Shown here: positions 1-10,094 of the stretch, piece after piece
Numbering within the stretch: the stretch's first letter is position 1
How the letters are laid out: every line of letters begins with the position of its first letter
Source of the DNA: a virus
Taxonomy: Duplodnaviria; Heunggongvirae; Uroviricota; Caudoviricetes
Length of the DNA stretch: 64,000 nucleotides
Reading direction: 5' to 3' (one strand)
IMG/VR virus record: IMGVR_UViG_2778261161_000002
Translations under genes and position numbers: made by a program
The notes under the pieces: generated by a model
Told to the model about the DNA's origin: nothing
Seen by the model: the letters and a program-made list of their open reading frames with translations, nothing else
Databases searched by the model: none

Positions 1-60
1 GCGCGCACTCCATGTGTTAGCCGTACTCAACAGGGGGATCTTTTCACCGCTGGTACCGAG

Positions 61-86
61 TTCTCTTAAACCAAGGTTTAGGATTG
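61..86. other. cix/hix-like crossover site for the invertase (imperfect palindrome around AAACC-AA-GGTTT)
   Basis: TTCTCTTAAACCAAGGTTTAGGATTG resembles Hin/Gin/Cin recombination sites; overlaps the 3-prime end of cin. Confidence 0.45.
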
Positions 87-638
87 AAATGATGACGCCG
101 GAAACTTCTTATAAAGCGTGGAAACAGCCACATCATAGATGATTGCAACCTGCTTACGGGGGATGCCCTTCTCGAGCAATCGCCGCATTTGCTGCCATGT
201 TTCTTCTTGGTATTTAGGCCGACGCCCACCTATACGACCTTCTGCGCGAGCTGCATCAAGTCCAGCGCGTGTACGTTCAACGATAAGCTCACGTTCCATT
301 TCTGCCAGCGCCCCCATTACGTGAAAGAAAAAGCGCCCCATTGGTGTACTGGTGTCGATGGAGTCAGTGAGACTCCGGAAGTTAATGCCTCTGTCACGCA
401 GCTCTTCCACCAGCACAACTAAGTGACGCATGCTGCGCCCAAGACGATCTAACTTCCATACGACTAGGGTGTCACCTCTGGAAAGCATACGGAGAACCTT
501 TTTTAACCCTGGGCGTTCAGCCTTTTTGCCGCTCGCCTTATCCTCAAAAATTAGCTCACATCCTGCGCTTTCAAGGGCGTTTCGTTGTAAAGCGGTGTTT
601 TGGTCATTAGTTGATACGCGAATGTATCCAATAAGCAT
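78..638 (-). CDS. cin: serine DNA invertase, Cin/Gin/Hin/Pin family
   Basis: 186 aa; N-terminal GYIRVSTNDQ catalytic-serine motif and C-terminal HTH; near full-length match to P1 Cin as recalled. Confidence 0.9.
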   Translation of the reverse strand: MLIGYIRVSTNDQNTALQRNALESAGCELIFEDKASGKKAERPGLKKVLRMLSRGDTLVVWKLDRLGRSMRHLVVLVEELRDRGINFRSLTDSIDTSTPMGRFFFHVMGALAEMERELIVERTRAGLDAARAEGRIGGRRPKYQEETWQQMRRLLEKGIPRKQVAIIYDVAVSTLYKKFPASSFQS

Positions 639-642
639 ATGT

Positions 643-665
643 CCCCCCTTGTATGTTAAGGGGGG
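643..665. promoter_or_regulatory. GC hairpin in the cin leader that contains the cin Shine-Dalgarno
   Basis: CCCCCCTT-GTATGTT-AAGGGGGG; on the minus strand the 3-prime arm AAGGGGGG lies 5 nt before the cin ATG. Confidence 0.25.
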
Positions 666-743
666 AGATTTTAGAAGATGTCCTGTAAGGAAATAACAAA
701 CTGACTAAGTTAGTGGCGCATTAGATGTTATTTCTGGAGGGGT

Positions 744-1070
744 ATGTTTGCAGATTATGAAAATCTGGCTGTAGTAGTCATAACATCCCTACTAAGTGGA
801 ACCGGCGTATTCCTTCTCGGAGTTAGAGACGGGCGCATTTCTGCGTCCCTGCTCAATCTTGCGAGTGAATTGTTTACTGCGGTAACAGCCGGGCTTGCGG
901 GGTATGGGGTGGCGGTTAGCCAAGAATGGCCTGAAGGTATCATTTTCTGCGTTGTTCTGATTGCCAGTAACAACGGTAGTGAAATTTTACAGGGCTTGAA
1001 GTCCAGAGCTAGTAACGTCTTGAATCTCTTAAGCGTAATAGCGAATGGGGGAAAAGGTGGAGAGAAATAA
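744..1070 (+). CDS. holin-like small membrane protein (LydA-like)
   Basis: 108 aa, three hydrophobic segments; position beside cin as for P1 lydA; stop overlaps next start. Confidence 0.5.
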   Translation: MFADYENLAVVVITSLLSGTGVFLLGVRDGRISASLLNLASELFTAVTAGLAGYGVAVSQEWPEGIIFCVVLIASNNGSEILQGLKSRASNVLNLLSVIANGGKGGEK

Positions 1071-1516
1071 TGGGTAACTTTGGAAATTATTTCATTTTTA
1101 TCATGGCATTTGTTGCCATCATTGACCGTTTCATTTTTCGTCGCAAGAGTGTTGAGATTTTGAGTATTGGTGACGCTGTAGTGAAAGAATCCGCTATAGC
1201 ATTTCCTGTTTCGCTACGTGTTAAGCGAAGCTGGGTCAGCAATGCTCAAATCGAATATTGGTTGCAAGACCTGAAAAATCCATCTGTGGTTATTTCAGGG
1301 AAAACGCGACCAGTTGACGCCTCAAAACGCGGTGAGAGAGAAGAGTATTTGCTCATCGATACGAAATATCTTGAGCCAACGAAGTGGGATCTGAAAGTCA
1401 CATTGACTAACGGTAACTGCCGACTGAATCCGCTTTATCGCATTTTCCCTATCAATGACTGCATAGAGCGCCAGTTTACGATCGAAAAGCGTGAAGGAGA
1501 CTGGGATGTCAAATAA
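1070..1516 (+). CDS. LydB-like protein (possible antiholin)
   Basis: 148 aa, translationally coupled to the holin-like gene; call is positional. Confidence 0.4.
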   Translation: MGNFGNYFIFIMAFVAIIDRFIFRRKSVEILSIGDAVVKESAIAFPVSLRVKRSWVSNAQIEYWLQDLKNPSVVISGKTRPVDASKRGEREEYLLIDTKYLEPTKWDLKVTLTNGNCRLNPLYRIFPINDCIERQFTIEKREGDWDVK

Positions 1517-2126
1517 GAATAATTATGTTCTTCTTAATTATGCTGAATTAAACGAAAAGGGGCTGGCAAAACTCGTCAAAGAAATCAGCAAAGGTGGTTA
1601 CAAGATAGCGAGGGTGATCCCTGCAAGTAATGGCAGGAAGAAAGATGGGATCATGACGCGCACGTTTACCCTTATTGGTATTGATGAACAGACAATGGAA
1701 GTTCAGGTTAACGATACCGGCGATATATCTGGGATCAAACTGAATGGTAAAACAGTACCGTTCAAGCCAGTAAAAACAATGTCGGCTTTGGGGCAATCTC
1801 TTGCGGCTTTATTTAATCGCGGAGCAACTTCTTTCCAGAAGTCATTAGCTCGAAAACTTGCTCGTGCAGCAAAAAATATTGATGACGGAAATAAGAAGCG
1901 GCAGGGAGTTAAATCTAACGCTCAGAAATTAGCTGAAGCGAAAGAATCACGTGATGCACTCCGTGAAGATATCGCTAATGCTAACGACAAACTGTCTAAA
2001 CTCCAGAGCAAGTCAGACAAAGTAATGCAAGATACGGGTAACGTTAAAGCTGCCTTGTCTCAGGAAGTAGCTAAGACACGTGCTCTTAAAGAAGAAATCG
2101 CGCGTCTGGAGGATGAGCATGATTAA
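1506..2126 (+). CDS. hypothetical coiled-coil protein, dar-like operon
   Basis: ORF with GGAG 5 nt upstream of ATG at 1506; charged helical C-terminus. Confidence 0.5.
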   Translation: MSNKNNYVLLNYAELNEKGLAKLVKEISKGGYKIARVIPASNGRKKDGIMTRTFTLIGIDEQTMEVQVNDTGDISGIKLNGKTVPFKPVKTMSALGQSLAALFNRGATSFQKSLARKLARAAKNIDDGNKKRQGVKSNAQKLAEAKESRDALREDIANANDKLSKLQSKSDKVMQDTGNVKAALSQEVAKTRALKEEIARLEDEHD

Positions 2127-4062
2127 CAATCCTTTACGAATTAATATTCAGTCTACTTTTGCTGATACGATCCCCGGCTATATGCCAAGTCGCTGGTCTT
2201 CAGAAGAATTAAGCGAAGATGACCTGATTTTTGAGGCGGCGACCTTAGAAGATATTGAGCTTGCCTATATGGGCAATGAAATTCTGGTTGTGTCTGACGA
2301 AGCTATGTTTGAGTCCATAACTACAACCAGAATTCGGTTAGCTCAAACAATGCGAGCTTTCGTCCGTGCGCTGAATCGTGGCCTGAATGGTACGAATATT
2401 ATGGCAGGGACTGATGAAGCTGGGACCGATGAAAATGGACGTAATTGTATTGGTGGTGCGATTATCGGTCGTGTACGTCGGGTAGCTAATATCCCTGTTT
2501 TGACCGCGCAGATACCGCTTACTGACGGGCAGAGTACAAGCATAATTTTCCACTCTCCAACAGCTGACGGGGCAAAAATAAAGAGTAACGACGAGCTTGT
2601 TGCATTTCAGTTTTTACTTAATAAGCGTAACGTAACTCACGTTGTCGCCCCGATTGGTGGGAGAGATGTTTCTTTAAGCCAGGTATGCCAGGCGCTATCT
2701 AATTTGATTGAGCGTAACAGCGAAAAATTTAAGAAAGCAAAAGAGCGCCAGGACAAAATGAAGGCAGATATTGAGAGTTATCTCAATGAAGCAGATAAAC
2801 TGGCAGAAGAACGGTCAATAATGATTGATCAGGTGGACGTTGCGCAACGTGGGCTGACTGAAAAGCGTGCTGCTCTTACGGAGATGCAAAAAAAACTTGA
2901 TGCCCAGAAAGCTATCAATGAGGAATTACAAGCAAAACGCGATAAATTGTTGTCTGCTAAAGGTGAAAAAACGAAAGAACGAGCGTTTAGTGACCAGCTG
3001 CGACATGTAAAACATAATCTTGCCATTGACGGAAAAACAGTGCTTGATAATGGCGCTGAAGTTAATTATGTCACGTCCGGCAGTGACAATTTCGTTACGA
3101 TAGTAGCACCTGAAGGTAAATTCAGTATTGATGCCAGTGCTGTCAAAGGAGGCAGTTTGGCAGATGCTGCAACCAAATTACTTAAAGCCTACCGAGAGCA
3201 TAACGCAGATAAATATAAAGTTGATGTGTTACCAGGCCAGTTGGAAGACTCCGAACCACCACAGACAGACCCCGAAACGAACCCAGTATTACAACCAGAG
3301 AGCCAAGATGTAGGTGAATACCACTATGCACTTCAATCTCGCCCGGCTGGTGTTGGTGCTGTTCCGGATGGAAATAAAGCCGTGCTTGATCGTCCTGACC
3401 AGGCTGATCAGTATTACGAATATGCTCGTCACGGTATCATTACGTATGACCGTAAACTGACAGATGAAGAAGTCAGCCAGTACGAGTTGCTTTATCTTCC
3501 TGATGAAGATGAGCTGAAAGATTTTGCAGGCCAATTGGTTGCGTCCAGCATGTCGAAACATATTGATGGCTATGTGGACCTGTTTGGCAGTGACCTGAAA
3601 ACATTCAAGGCGCAAGTGAAAATTCTTTTCCGCAAAGCGTTTCCAAACGTGGCGTATCCACTTAGTGATGGGGAGAACCTTTTCATTATGGACGTGTATA
3701 ACGCCCTTCAAAATCATTCAAGCGAAGTAAAAACAGAGCATGTGGTTGAGCCAGAATCACAACCACAACCACAACCACAACCACAACCAGCACCAGAACA
3801 GGAGTCGGAGCCAGAAGAAGCGGGTGAATCAGCAAGTGAAGCTGATCAGGAAGCAGATAAAGCGCTGGAGTACCTGAAATCCGTGCCGGAGCAGTTTACA
3901 TCCCGCGATCTGACGGTCATCAGTGCTGAACTTGATCATGTGCAGGAAGCAGCAAACGCTCTAATCAGTGCAGGTCGATACGACGAGAACGAAGCCACTG
4001 TGGGTGCAGCAGTTGACTACCTGATCAATATTCTGGCTGAAATTCAGCAGGGAGGTGTTTAA
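2119..4062 (+). CDS. large virion-associated protein (DarA-like by position), with PQ repeat linker
   Basis: about 647 aa ORF, GGAGGA before ATG 2119; coiled-coil centre, (PQ)5 linker, acidic tail; no motif proves DarA identity. Confidence 0.45.
   Translation: MINNPLRINIQSTFADTIPGYMPSRWSSEELSEDDLIFEAATLEDIELAYMGNEILVVSDEAMFESITTTRIRLAQTMRAFVRALNRGLNGTNIMAGTDEAGTDENGRNCIGGAIIGRVRRVANIPVLTAQIPLTDGQSTSIIFHSPTADGAKIKSNDELVAFQFLLNKRNVTHVVAPIGGRDVSLSQVCQALSNLIERNSEKFKKAKERQDKMKADIESYLNEADKLAEERSIMIDQVDVAQRGLTEKRAALTEMQKKLDAQKAINEELQAKRDKLLSAKGEKTKERAFSDQLRHVKHNLAIDGKTVLDNGAEVNYVTSGSDNFVTIVAPEGKFSIDASAVKGGSLADAATKLLKAYREHNADKYKVDVLPGQLEDSEPPQTDPETNPVLQPESQDVGEYHYALQSRPAGVGAVPDGNKAVLDRPDQADQYYEYARHGIITYDRKLTDEEVSQYELLYLPDEDELKDFAGQLVASSMSKHIDGYVDLFGSDLKTFKAQVKILFRKAFPNVAYPLSDGENLFIMDVYNALQNHSSEVKTEHVVEPESQPQPQPQPQPAPEQESEPEEAGESASEADQEADKALEYLKSVPEQFTSRDLTVISAELDHVQEAANALISAGRYDENEATVGAAVDYLINILAEIQQGGV
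3758..3788 (+). repeat. (CACAAC)x5 tandem hexanucleotide repeat encoding PQPQPQPQPQ
   Basis: perfect tandem repeat read directly in the sequence inside the 2119..4062 CDS. Confidence 0.85.
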
Positions 4063-4430
4063 TGACCATCTCTGTTTTAGACCGCCTGAAATTAGGTAAA
4101 GAGCTATCAGATCTAATGCAGGCGCAGAAAACTGCGCCAGTATTGCAACGCGTCACCATTGGTAAGCAGATTGTTGATGTGATGCTGAAATTGGGCCTGG
4201 GGACTGCCGCGCAACCGGCAGCGGAACCGCAACAACAGGCTGATCCTGTTGTAGATGAAGTCCCTAAGATAGTGACTGACTTCCTGGGCGGTGTGTTCAC
4301 AAAGTCCACACAAATGGAATTTATTGATGCGCTGCGTGGGATCTCAAACTATGTTGGCGAGTTCCTTACGTTGGAGCAGGCTAAAGAGCAGACCATAAGC
4401 TGGGTGAAAGCTAACGGTTATGCCGGGTAA
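4062..4430 (+). CDS. hypothetical protein
   Basis: 122 aa ORF, TAATG overlap with upstream gene. Confidence 0.5.
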   Translation: MTISVLDRLKLGKELSDLMQAQKTAPVLQRVTIGKQIVDVMLKLGLGTAAQPAAEPQQQADPVVDEVPKIVTDFLGGVFTKSTQMEFIDALRGISNYVGEFLTLEQAKEQTISWVKANGYAG

Positions 4431-4432
4431 TC

Positions 4433-4456
4433 AAAAGGGGCTGAAATGCCCCTTTC
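4433..4456 (+). terminator. intrinsic terminator-like hairpin
   Basis: AAAAGGGGC-TGAAAT-GCCCCTTT followed by T-rich tract. Confidence 0.55.
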
Positions 4457-4512
4457 ACTTATCTGTTCTCACATAAATCACACACTTTTTACACTCACAG
4501 CTTTCTCTATAG

Positions 4513-5910
4513 TTGGAGTGTATTTTGAACAAATCAGTTACTTCTGCGCTTTCCGAGGCCGCAGATATTAACAGCGTCATTGCTCTGGTTTCTTCATTAG
4601 AGAGGAAAGAAACACACCTGGGGCGAAGTAGCTACGTAGTCACCAGCAAAGGTGCAGAGGTAAAGACGGCTTTTAAGGTCGTTGATGCCAGCAGTCTGAT
4701 CATTTCGAACAACCTTGACGGTACGATTAACCCGGCCTTCCCGGAAGAACTCCAACCACGAGATCGTACCCGGCTATCCAGCAAACTCCAGGTTAACCGT
4801 ATTGCCTCCAATTTACGCCCGGCACAATTAACGGATTCCGGTATGAGCAGCCACGGAGCGCCTATAGTTGGTCCGGACAACGTTGTTGAATCCGGCAACG
4901 GAAGGAGTATGGGTATCTGGCGTGCCTATGAGCAAGGACAGGCGGATGAGTATCGCCAGTACCTGATCGACCATGCGAAAGAGTTTGGTCTGAATCCTGA
5001 CGAAATTTCGCAAATGTCTATGCCCGTACTGGTGCGAGAAAGACTCACAGATGTAGACCGCGCTCAATTTGCCCGCGATTCAAACATTAGCGATCTGCAA
5101 GAGATGGCAGCAAGTGAAAAAGCGTATGCGGATGCGCAATTTCTCACTGAGAGCGTCATGGCGCTATTTAATCCTTCAGATGATGGAAATCTGCTGGCGC
5201 GGTCCAATGATGCGTTTATTCGTGCGTTTTTGCGCGAAATTGGCGATACAGCGACGGCAGGCTTGCTTACTGCCGATGGGCGTCCCACGAAACAGCTTAT
5301 CGATCGCATCCAGAATGCAATTTTTGCCAAAGCGTACAAGGATGAAAGGCTTGTTCGGCTGGTGTCGGAAGAGCCAGATCCGGAAATGCGTAATATCCTG
5401 ACCGCATTAAATACGGCAGCCAGCGATTTTGCGCAAATGCAGTCGCTGTCTGGCGACGCTCACCATGACGCAGTAACAGGCTTAGTGGACGGTATAGAGC
5501 AGGTTAATGGCCTGGATACACAGGCGATAGCAGCACTCCAGGAAGCAATTAATCTTGTACGTGAAGCCAAAGACAACGGTCAGGCCGTTGAAGAAGTGAT
5601 CGCCCAAAGGGGGTTATTCGGCGACAGTACACCGGAAGCTGAGGCATTGGCGCTATTCATCGTAGCAAATAATCGCAGTGCGAAGCGTATGGGGGCAGCA
5701 TTCAAAAAAATGGCGCAAAAAATCAACGACGAGCTGACTCATAAACAACAGGCATTGGGCGATATGTTCGGCGGTGGCGATGTTGATCTGCGTCGTATTT
5801 TGTCTGCTGTATCTGATGAAATTGAGGGTGAATTTGGCGAAGGGAAAGGTCTGAACTTTGCTATGTTTGAAAATTCTACGGATCTAAATAATTGCCGTAC
5901 GGAAAACTAA
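4513..5910 (+). CDS. hypothetical protein (possible virion internal protein)
   Basis: 465 aa ORF with uncertain TTG start; no recognisable catalytic motif. Confidence 0.45.
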   Translation: MECILNKSVTSALSEAADINSVIALVSSLERKETHLGRSSYVVTSKGAEVKTAFKVVDASSLIISNNLDGTINPAFPEELQPRDRTRLSSKLQVNRIASNLRPAQLTDSGMSSHGAPIVGPDNVVESGNGRSMGIWRAYEQGQADEYRQYLIDHAKEFGLNPDEISQMSMPVLVRERLTDVDRAQFARDSNISDLQEMAASEKAYADAQFLTESVMALFNPSDDGNLLARSNDAFIRAFLREIGDTATAGLLTADGRPTKQLIDRIQNAIFAKAYKDERLVRLVSEEPDPEMRNILTALNTAASDFAQMQSLSGDAHHDAVTGLVDGIEQVNGLDTQAIAALQEAINLVREAKDNGQAVEEVIAQRGLFGDSTPEAEALALFIVANNRSAKRMGAAFKKMAQKINDELTHKQQALGDMFGGGDVDLRRILSAVSDEIEGEFGEGKGLNFAMFENSTDLNNCRTEN

Positions 5911-5974
5911 ACCAACCGCTGAAATCACATACTGATTATGCTGCCGCAAAACTGGAAACGATTTGCGGTGATTC

Positions 5975-7657
5975 ATGGCAACGAAAGACAAAAACAAAGG
6001 CTTTCTGTCAGCATTGAAGAAAGCCTTCAACGGTGGTGATGTTACGCCCGCCGATCCGGTCGTTTTTACGAGCGGACATAGTGTCGTTGCTCGTTCCGGC
6101 CTGTCTGCTTTACGTCCAGGCATCCTGGGGAGCAATAGCGATGGCATGACGAGTGAGGCAGATTCAATTTCTTTATCCGCTGAACTGCCCGGCGAGCGCC
6201 TGCAAAAGTACAACATCCTGGAAACGATGGCTAAAAGCCCGACTATCTCGACGGCTTTAAACATTCACATTGCACATGCGCTTGCGCCTTCAAAAAAAAC
6301 CGGACAGGCATTCATCCTTTCGCCAAAGGATGGTTCCGATGCCGAGGCAGTAAGTAGATGTGAAGAGTTAACCGCTGATTTGGGGGCGATGATTAATGAC
6401 GGACTTCCTTCATGGGCCATGATCATGGCGATCTTTGGGGTGTCTTATGTCCGACCTTATGCTGAACAGGGCAGGGGGATAACAGGCATTGAGTCCAGTT
6501 ATTACACTCTGCCACATTTCGTCCAGGAATTTTATCGCGGTAGCCAGCTGGTTGGATTCAGTGGTGATTACATCCTGGATACGCATAGTTTGCGCAGAGT
6601 AATAACCGAACCGTGGAATCTGGTTTCCATGAAAAATCCCTATTGGACGCCACAGCATAAAGTTATTCCGGTTAGCTACGGCACAAAAGGGTACTCACTG
6701 TTAAGTGAGCAGGCTGATAAGCCGTTAATGGAGACGCAGAATTACGGAACTTCATTCCTGGAATACAGCTATGAACCTTACCTTAATTTATGTGCTTCGC
6801 TCGCCGCGCTGAAATCAACGCGAAATAATGCAGCCAAAATTGACCGCCTGATTGCTCTTACGACGAACACACTGGACCCGGTTAATGCGGCGAACTATAC
6901 GCGTGGCGTCAGCCAGGCATTGAAGCGTCATAGTGACCTGGTGGCGCAAAGGTCGATTAATGCCAACGCTATTCCGACTGTGCTTAACCATCTGATACCT
7001 GTTATGGGAGACGGGAAGAACGGCATCACCATTGATACGCAATCCATACCCGCAGATATCAGTGGTATCGAAGACGTTATGTTTCACCTCCGGCAGCTTG
7101 CTGCAAGCCTCGGCATTGACGCAACAATGCTTGGCTGGGCTGATCAGATGAGCGGAGGGCTTGGAGAAGGCGGCTGGCAGCAAACTGCTATCCAGGCTGC
7201 ATTGCGTGCGAACTGGATCAGACAGGCCGCCCAGCGAACTATTTATCGGCTTCTGGACATTCACCTCGCTTATAAATACGGCAAGGTTTACACCGAAACA
7301 AACCGCCCTTATGACGTGCAATTCAACTCAATGAACACTGCTATCCAGGAAGAGGAAAACCGGGAACTGGATGCACGCGCCAACTTTGTTGCTGTCATCT
7401 CCCAAATTATGGACCAGATCCAGAACAACCCGAAACTGGCTGGTAGTGACGCGTTTATGCGTTATCTGTTCACTGAGCAGTTGCACATCGACGATGACAC
7501 TCTCAACACCATGATCAAAGAGTTTAAGGCGAATGAATCAGAGCAAAACAACGAGCATGGTATGTACGAATCCGCGCCGTTGTCGTCCGGTGACGATCCG
7601 GAAAACTGGACGCCAGAACAGTTAATAAACTTTGCAAAATTTGTGATGAGCAATTAA
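5975..7657 (+). CDS. putative portal protein (Prt-like)
   Basis: 560 aa; size and position directly upstream of a protease/scaffold-like gene; positional inference only. Confidence 0.35.
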   Translation: MATKDKNKGFLSALKKAFNGGDVTPADPVVFTSGHSVVARSGLSALRPGILGSNSDGMTSEADSISLSAELPGERLQKYNILETMAKSPTISTALNIHIAHALAPSKKTGQAFILSPKDGSDAEAVSRCEELTADLGAMINDGLPSWAMIMAIFGVSYVRPYAEQGRGITGIESSYYTLPHFVQEFYRGSQLVGFSGDYILDTHSLRRVITEPWNLVSMKNPYWTPQHKVIPVSYGTKGYSLLSEQADKPLMETQNYGTSFLEYSYEPYLNLCASLAALKSTRNNAAKIDRLIALTTNTLDPVNAANYTRGVSQALKRHSDLVAQRSINANAIPTVLNHLIPVMGDGKNGITIDTQSIPADISGIEDVMFHLRQLAASLGIDATMLGWADQMSGGLGEGGWQQTAIQAALRANWIRQAAQRTIYRLLDIHLAYKYGKVYTETNRPYDVQFNSMNTAIQEEENRELDARANFVAVISQIMDQIQNNPKLAGSDAFMRYLFTEQLHIDDDTLNTMIKEFKANESEQNNEHGMYESAPLSSGDDPENWTPEQLINFAKFVMSN

Positions 7658-7670
7658 CCGGAGGGAAATA

Positions 7671-8669
7671 ATGCAATCACTGAATACTGTTACGGATCGC
7701 TTCTCCCTGGTAGAGAAAATCCGCAAACACACACCGCAGAACAACCGAAATTATGTCATTCAGTCGGTACGAGACACATTCAACTCGCCAGAAACAAAAG
7801 AGCGTATCGCGCTGGGTGAGATGTATGGTTATTACGGTCATGGTCGCCGGGCGATGCACTATAACAAAACGAAAAGCCTGAACTTGCCGGAAGTCTCTGT
7901 TGTGATGGTAGATGGGAAGCCTGTTGTATTGGAGAACGTGCCGTCAAACAGGACTATCGACATTTCGATTGACGACAACGGCATTGTTACGCATACGCAG
8001 GAAATACTGGATACAGACACCGGGCGTATTGTTCAGGGCATGATTAATTCTGGTGCTGGTGGTTGGTCGTGGGCTACATCTGGTCCAGATTCATCGGTAT
8101 CCCTGGTAAAGTCTTTCCACGGCTTTGATTACGTAACTGTGCCTAACTATATCAGCCTCGACAAGAAAAGCCTGATGCTTGAATCAGCAGAAGAGCGCGA
8201 TGCGGCTATTCATGCAGCACTTATCGAACAAGGTTTTACCGATAACGCTGCTACGGATCTGGTTCACCACTTTTCAGCAATGAAAAATCAGCAAGCCATG
8301 CTCGAATCTGCACATCGTGAAGCCCTGGAATCAGAATTGATGCTCCTTGAAGTGGAAAACATACAGCTTCGAGATAAGCTGCGCGCTCAAACAGCGATGA
8401 TGGAAAGCCAGGGGGAAAATGCAAAGCAATGCCGCCGGATTTTGCGTGACGCTATCCAGGAAATGCCTGTTTTTATCAGCGCAGAACAGCGCCGGGCGCT
8501 CTGCCGTATGCAGTCTGAAGATGATGCCCGCATAGTGGCTGCGATGCTTGAATCTCTTGGGGCAAATGCTACTTATGGCTTACCGGTATCAGGCAAGAAA
8601 GAACCAGAGTTATCACCGAAGGAGAACAAAAACACCACCCCGTTACTCTTCGTTTCTAGAAGGGGGTAA
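7671..8669 (+). CDS. putative head maturation protease / scaffold (Pro-like)
   Basis: 332 aa with C-terminal coiled coil; follows the portal-like gene. Confidence 0.3.
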   Translation: MQSLNTVTDRFSLVEKIRKHTPQNNRNYVIQSVRDTFNSPETKERIALGEMYGYYGHGRRAMHYNKTKSLNLPEVSVVMVDGKPVVLENVPSNRTIDISIDDNGIVTHTQEILDTDTGRIVQGMINSGAGGWSWATSGPDSSVSLVKSFHGFDYVTVPNYISLDKKSLMLESAEERDAAIHAALIEQGFTDNAATDLVHHFSAMKNQQAMLESAHREALESELMLLEVENIQLRDKLRAQTAMMESQGENAKQCRRILRDAIQEMPVFISAEQRRALCRMQSEDDARIVAAMLESLGANATYGLPVSGKKEPELSPKENKNTTPLLFVSRRG

Positions 8670-8675
8670 TCGCCT

Positions 8676-8697
8676 TGTTAAGTTAAATTTCTAACAT
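8676..8697. promoter_or_regulatory. TGTTAAG...TTTCTAACA motif (operator-like site A)
   Basis: member of the dispersed TTTCTAACA/TGTTAGAAA family; upstream of the RepL-like gene. Confidence 0.4.
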
Positions 8698-8782
8698 AGT
8701 GTATTTATATACACTGTTGATCCTGGTGGATGGGATCGAGTAGGATCGCGGTCACTGCTCCGGTAGCGACTGCCAAAAAAGC

Positions 8783-8808
8783 AAAAGCCGCTGAGAAGCG
8801 GCTTTTTG
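8783..8808 (+). terminator. rho-independent terminator
   Basis: GCCGCT-GAGA-AGCGGC followed by TTTTT. Confidence 0.65.
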
Positions 8809-8869
8809 GGTGTATAAATCCACTGCCATAGATTTATACGGTAGATAGATTTTTTCACGGAACTATCTG

Positions 8870-9832
8870 GTGAGTATTTTAAATTCAGTTTCAGTAACTT
8901 TCAACACTTCTGAGTATAAAAACAACACTGAATACCACAAAAAAATCAAAGGTCATCAGTTGAGTTTTTTTGCTCGTCATAGCGGTCTTCTTTCCCCTTC
9001 ACATAGCGCCATTATTGCCGAGTTCGCCAACCTGGCAGGGTCTACCGATGAATACATGATCCGTCGCTCATATGCTGATATGTCCGAGATTACAGGACGC
9101 AGCATTTCTACTGTGCGCCGGGCATTTGCTGAAGCGACGAAGTGCGGAATGCTTGTTAAGCAACATCAGGTAGCGAATAACAATGCCCAGGTGTGTAACG
9201 TATATCGGTTTACGACACAATTTCTCCACTTCATTCATGTAGCAATGGAGATAGGGGGTAAGCAGGGCATCAAATTTGCCAACGCCACAAAGCTGGTTAA
9301 GCAATTGATTTCAAAGGTACGTTATTTTTTTGAAACTGGGAACCCCCTGTTCAAATTGAACAAGTCCCCCCATGTTCAAAATGAACAGCCAATAGAAAAT
9401 AAGAGTCACTCTATAGCCAAAAGAAGAGAAAGATCATGCGCGGTTCAGCCAAAGGCTTCACCAGCAGATAGTACTCAAGCGGATAATGGGGGACTGGATA
9501 AAAAAACAGTAATCAGGGAAGAACATACCAACCACTGCCTGGCGGCGGCAAAAGCGAGAGCTGCAAAGCGTCGTTCAGACGAGGGGCACGCAAAACGGCA
9601 GGCTCTGTATCGTACCGCTGAAAAGCTGGCAAAAAAATTTGCATGGATACGTAGTGCCGCTACCGCAGTGAATAAGCCTAAACAATCCAGTGCCCTGGAT
9701 TTCTCAATGGATTATTCTGGCTCCCAGGGGTGTGTAACCATTGGTGAAGCCTTTGACCTGATGAAACAACGTGGCTATCGGTCTGAATTTGACCGGGAGG
9801 ATTGGTCAATCCCTGCGGGATTTAGGGGATGA
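8870..9832 (+). CDS. putative replication / DNA-binding protein with winged-helix region (RepL-like)
   Basis: 320 aa; HTH-like segment ITGRSISTVRRAFAEATKCGMLVK; preceded by operator-like motif and a GATC cluster. Confidence 0.35.
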   Translation: MSILNSVSVTFNTSEYKNNTEYHKKIKGHQLSFFARHSGLLSPSHSAIIAEFANLAGSTDEYMIRRSYADMSEITGRSISTVRRAFAEATKCGMLVKQHQVANNNAQVCNVYRFTTQFLHFIHVAMEIGGKQGIKFANATKLVKQLISKVRYFFETGNPLFKLNKSPHVQNEQPIENKSHSIAKRRERSCAVQPKASPADSTQADNGGLDKKTVIREEHTNHCLAAAKARAAKRRSDEGHAKRQALYRTAEKLAKKFAWIRSAATAVNKPKQSSALDFSMDYSGSQGCVTIGEAFDLMKQRGYRSEFDREDWSIPAGFRG

Positions 9833-9886
9833 CCTGTGTGTCTACAAAGCATCCCAATGATCGGAAAATGCTCGCTCGATGATTTG

Positions 9887-9916
9887 TGTTAGAAAATTAA
9901 TTTGCTGTTTCTAAAT
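9887..9916. promoter_or_regulatory. paired TGTTAGAAAA / TTTCTAAAT motif (operator-like site B)
   Basis: motif family member ahead of the c4/icd/ant module. Confidence 0.4.
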
Positions 9917-10094
9917 CGGAATGTATGATCTGCATCATCGACTGAAGTCATCCATTGCTGAAATTTTTAGTTGATCTTCCATGTTTTCAGGCTTATATTC
10001 ATGCCGTCGTAGCAAATTCTGCGACCAGGTTTGACAGCCTGAATGTTAGTGCGGACAACCGCAGATTTCCGATATTGCGGTATTTTTGTGTCCG

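Noticed and set aside
5064-5401. ORFs on both strands within the 4513..5910 gene
   Set aside because: Embedded in a longer continuous frame with better coding character.
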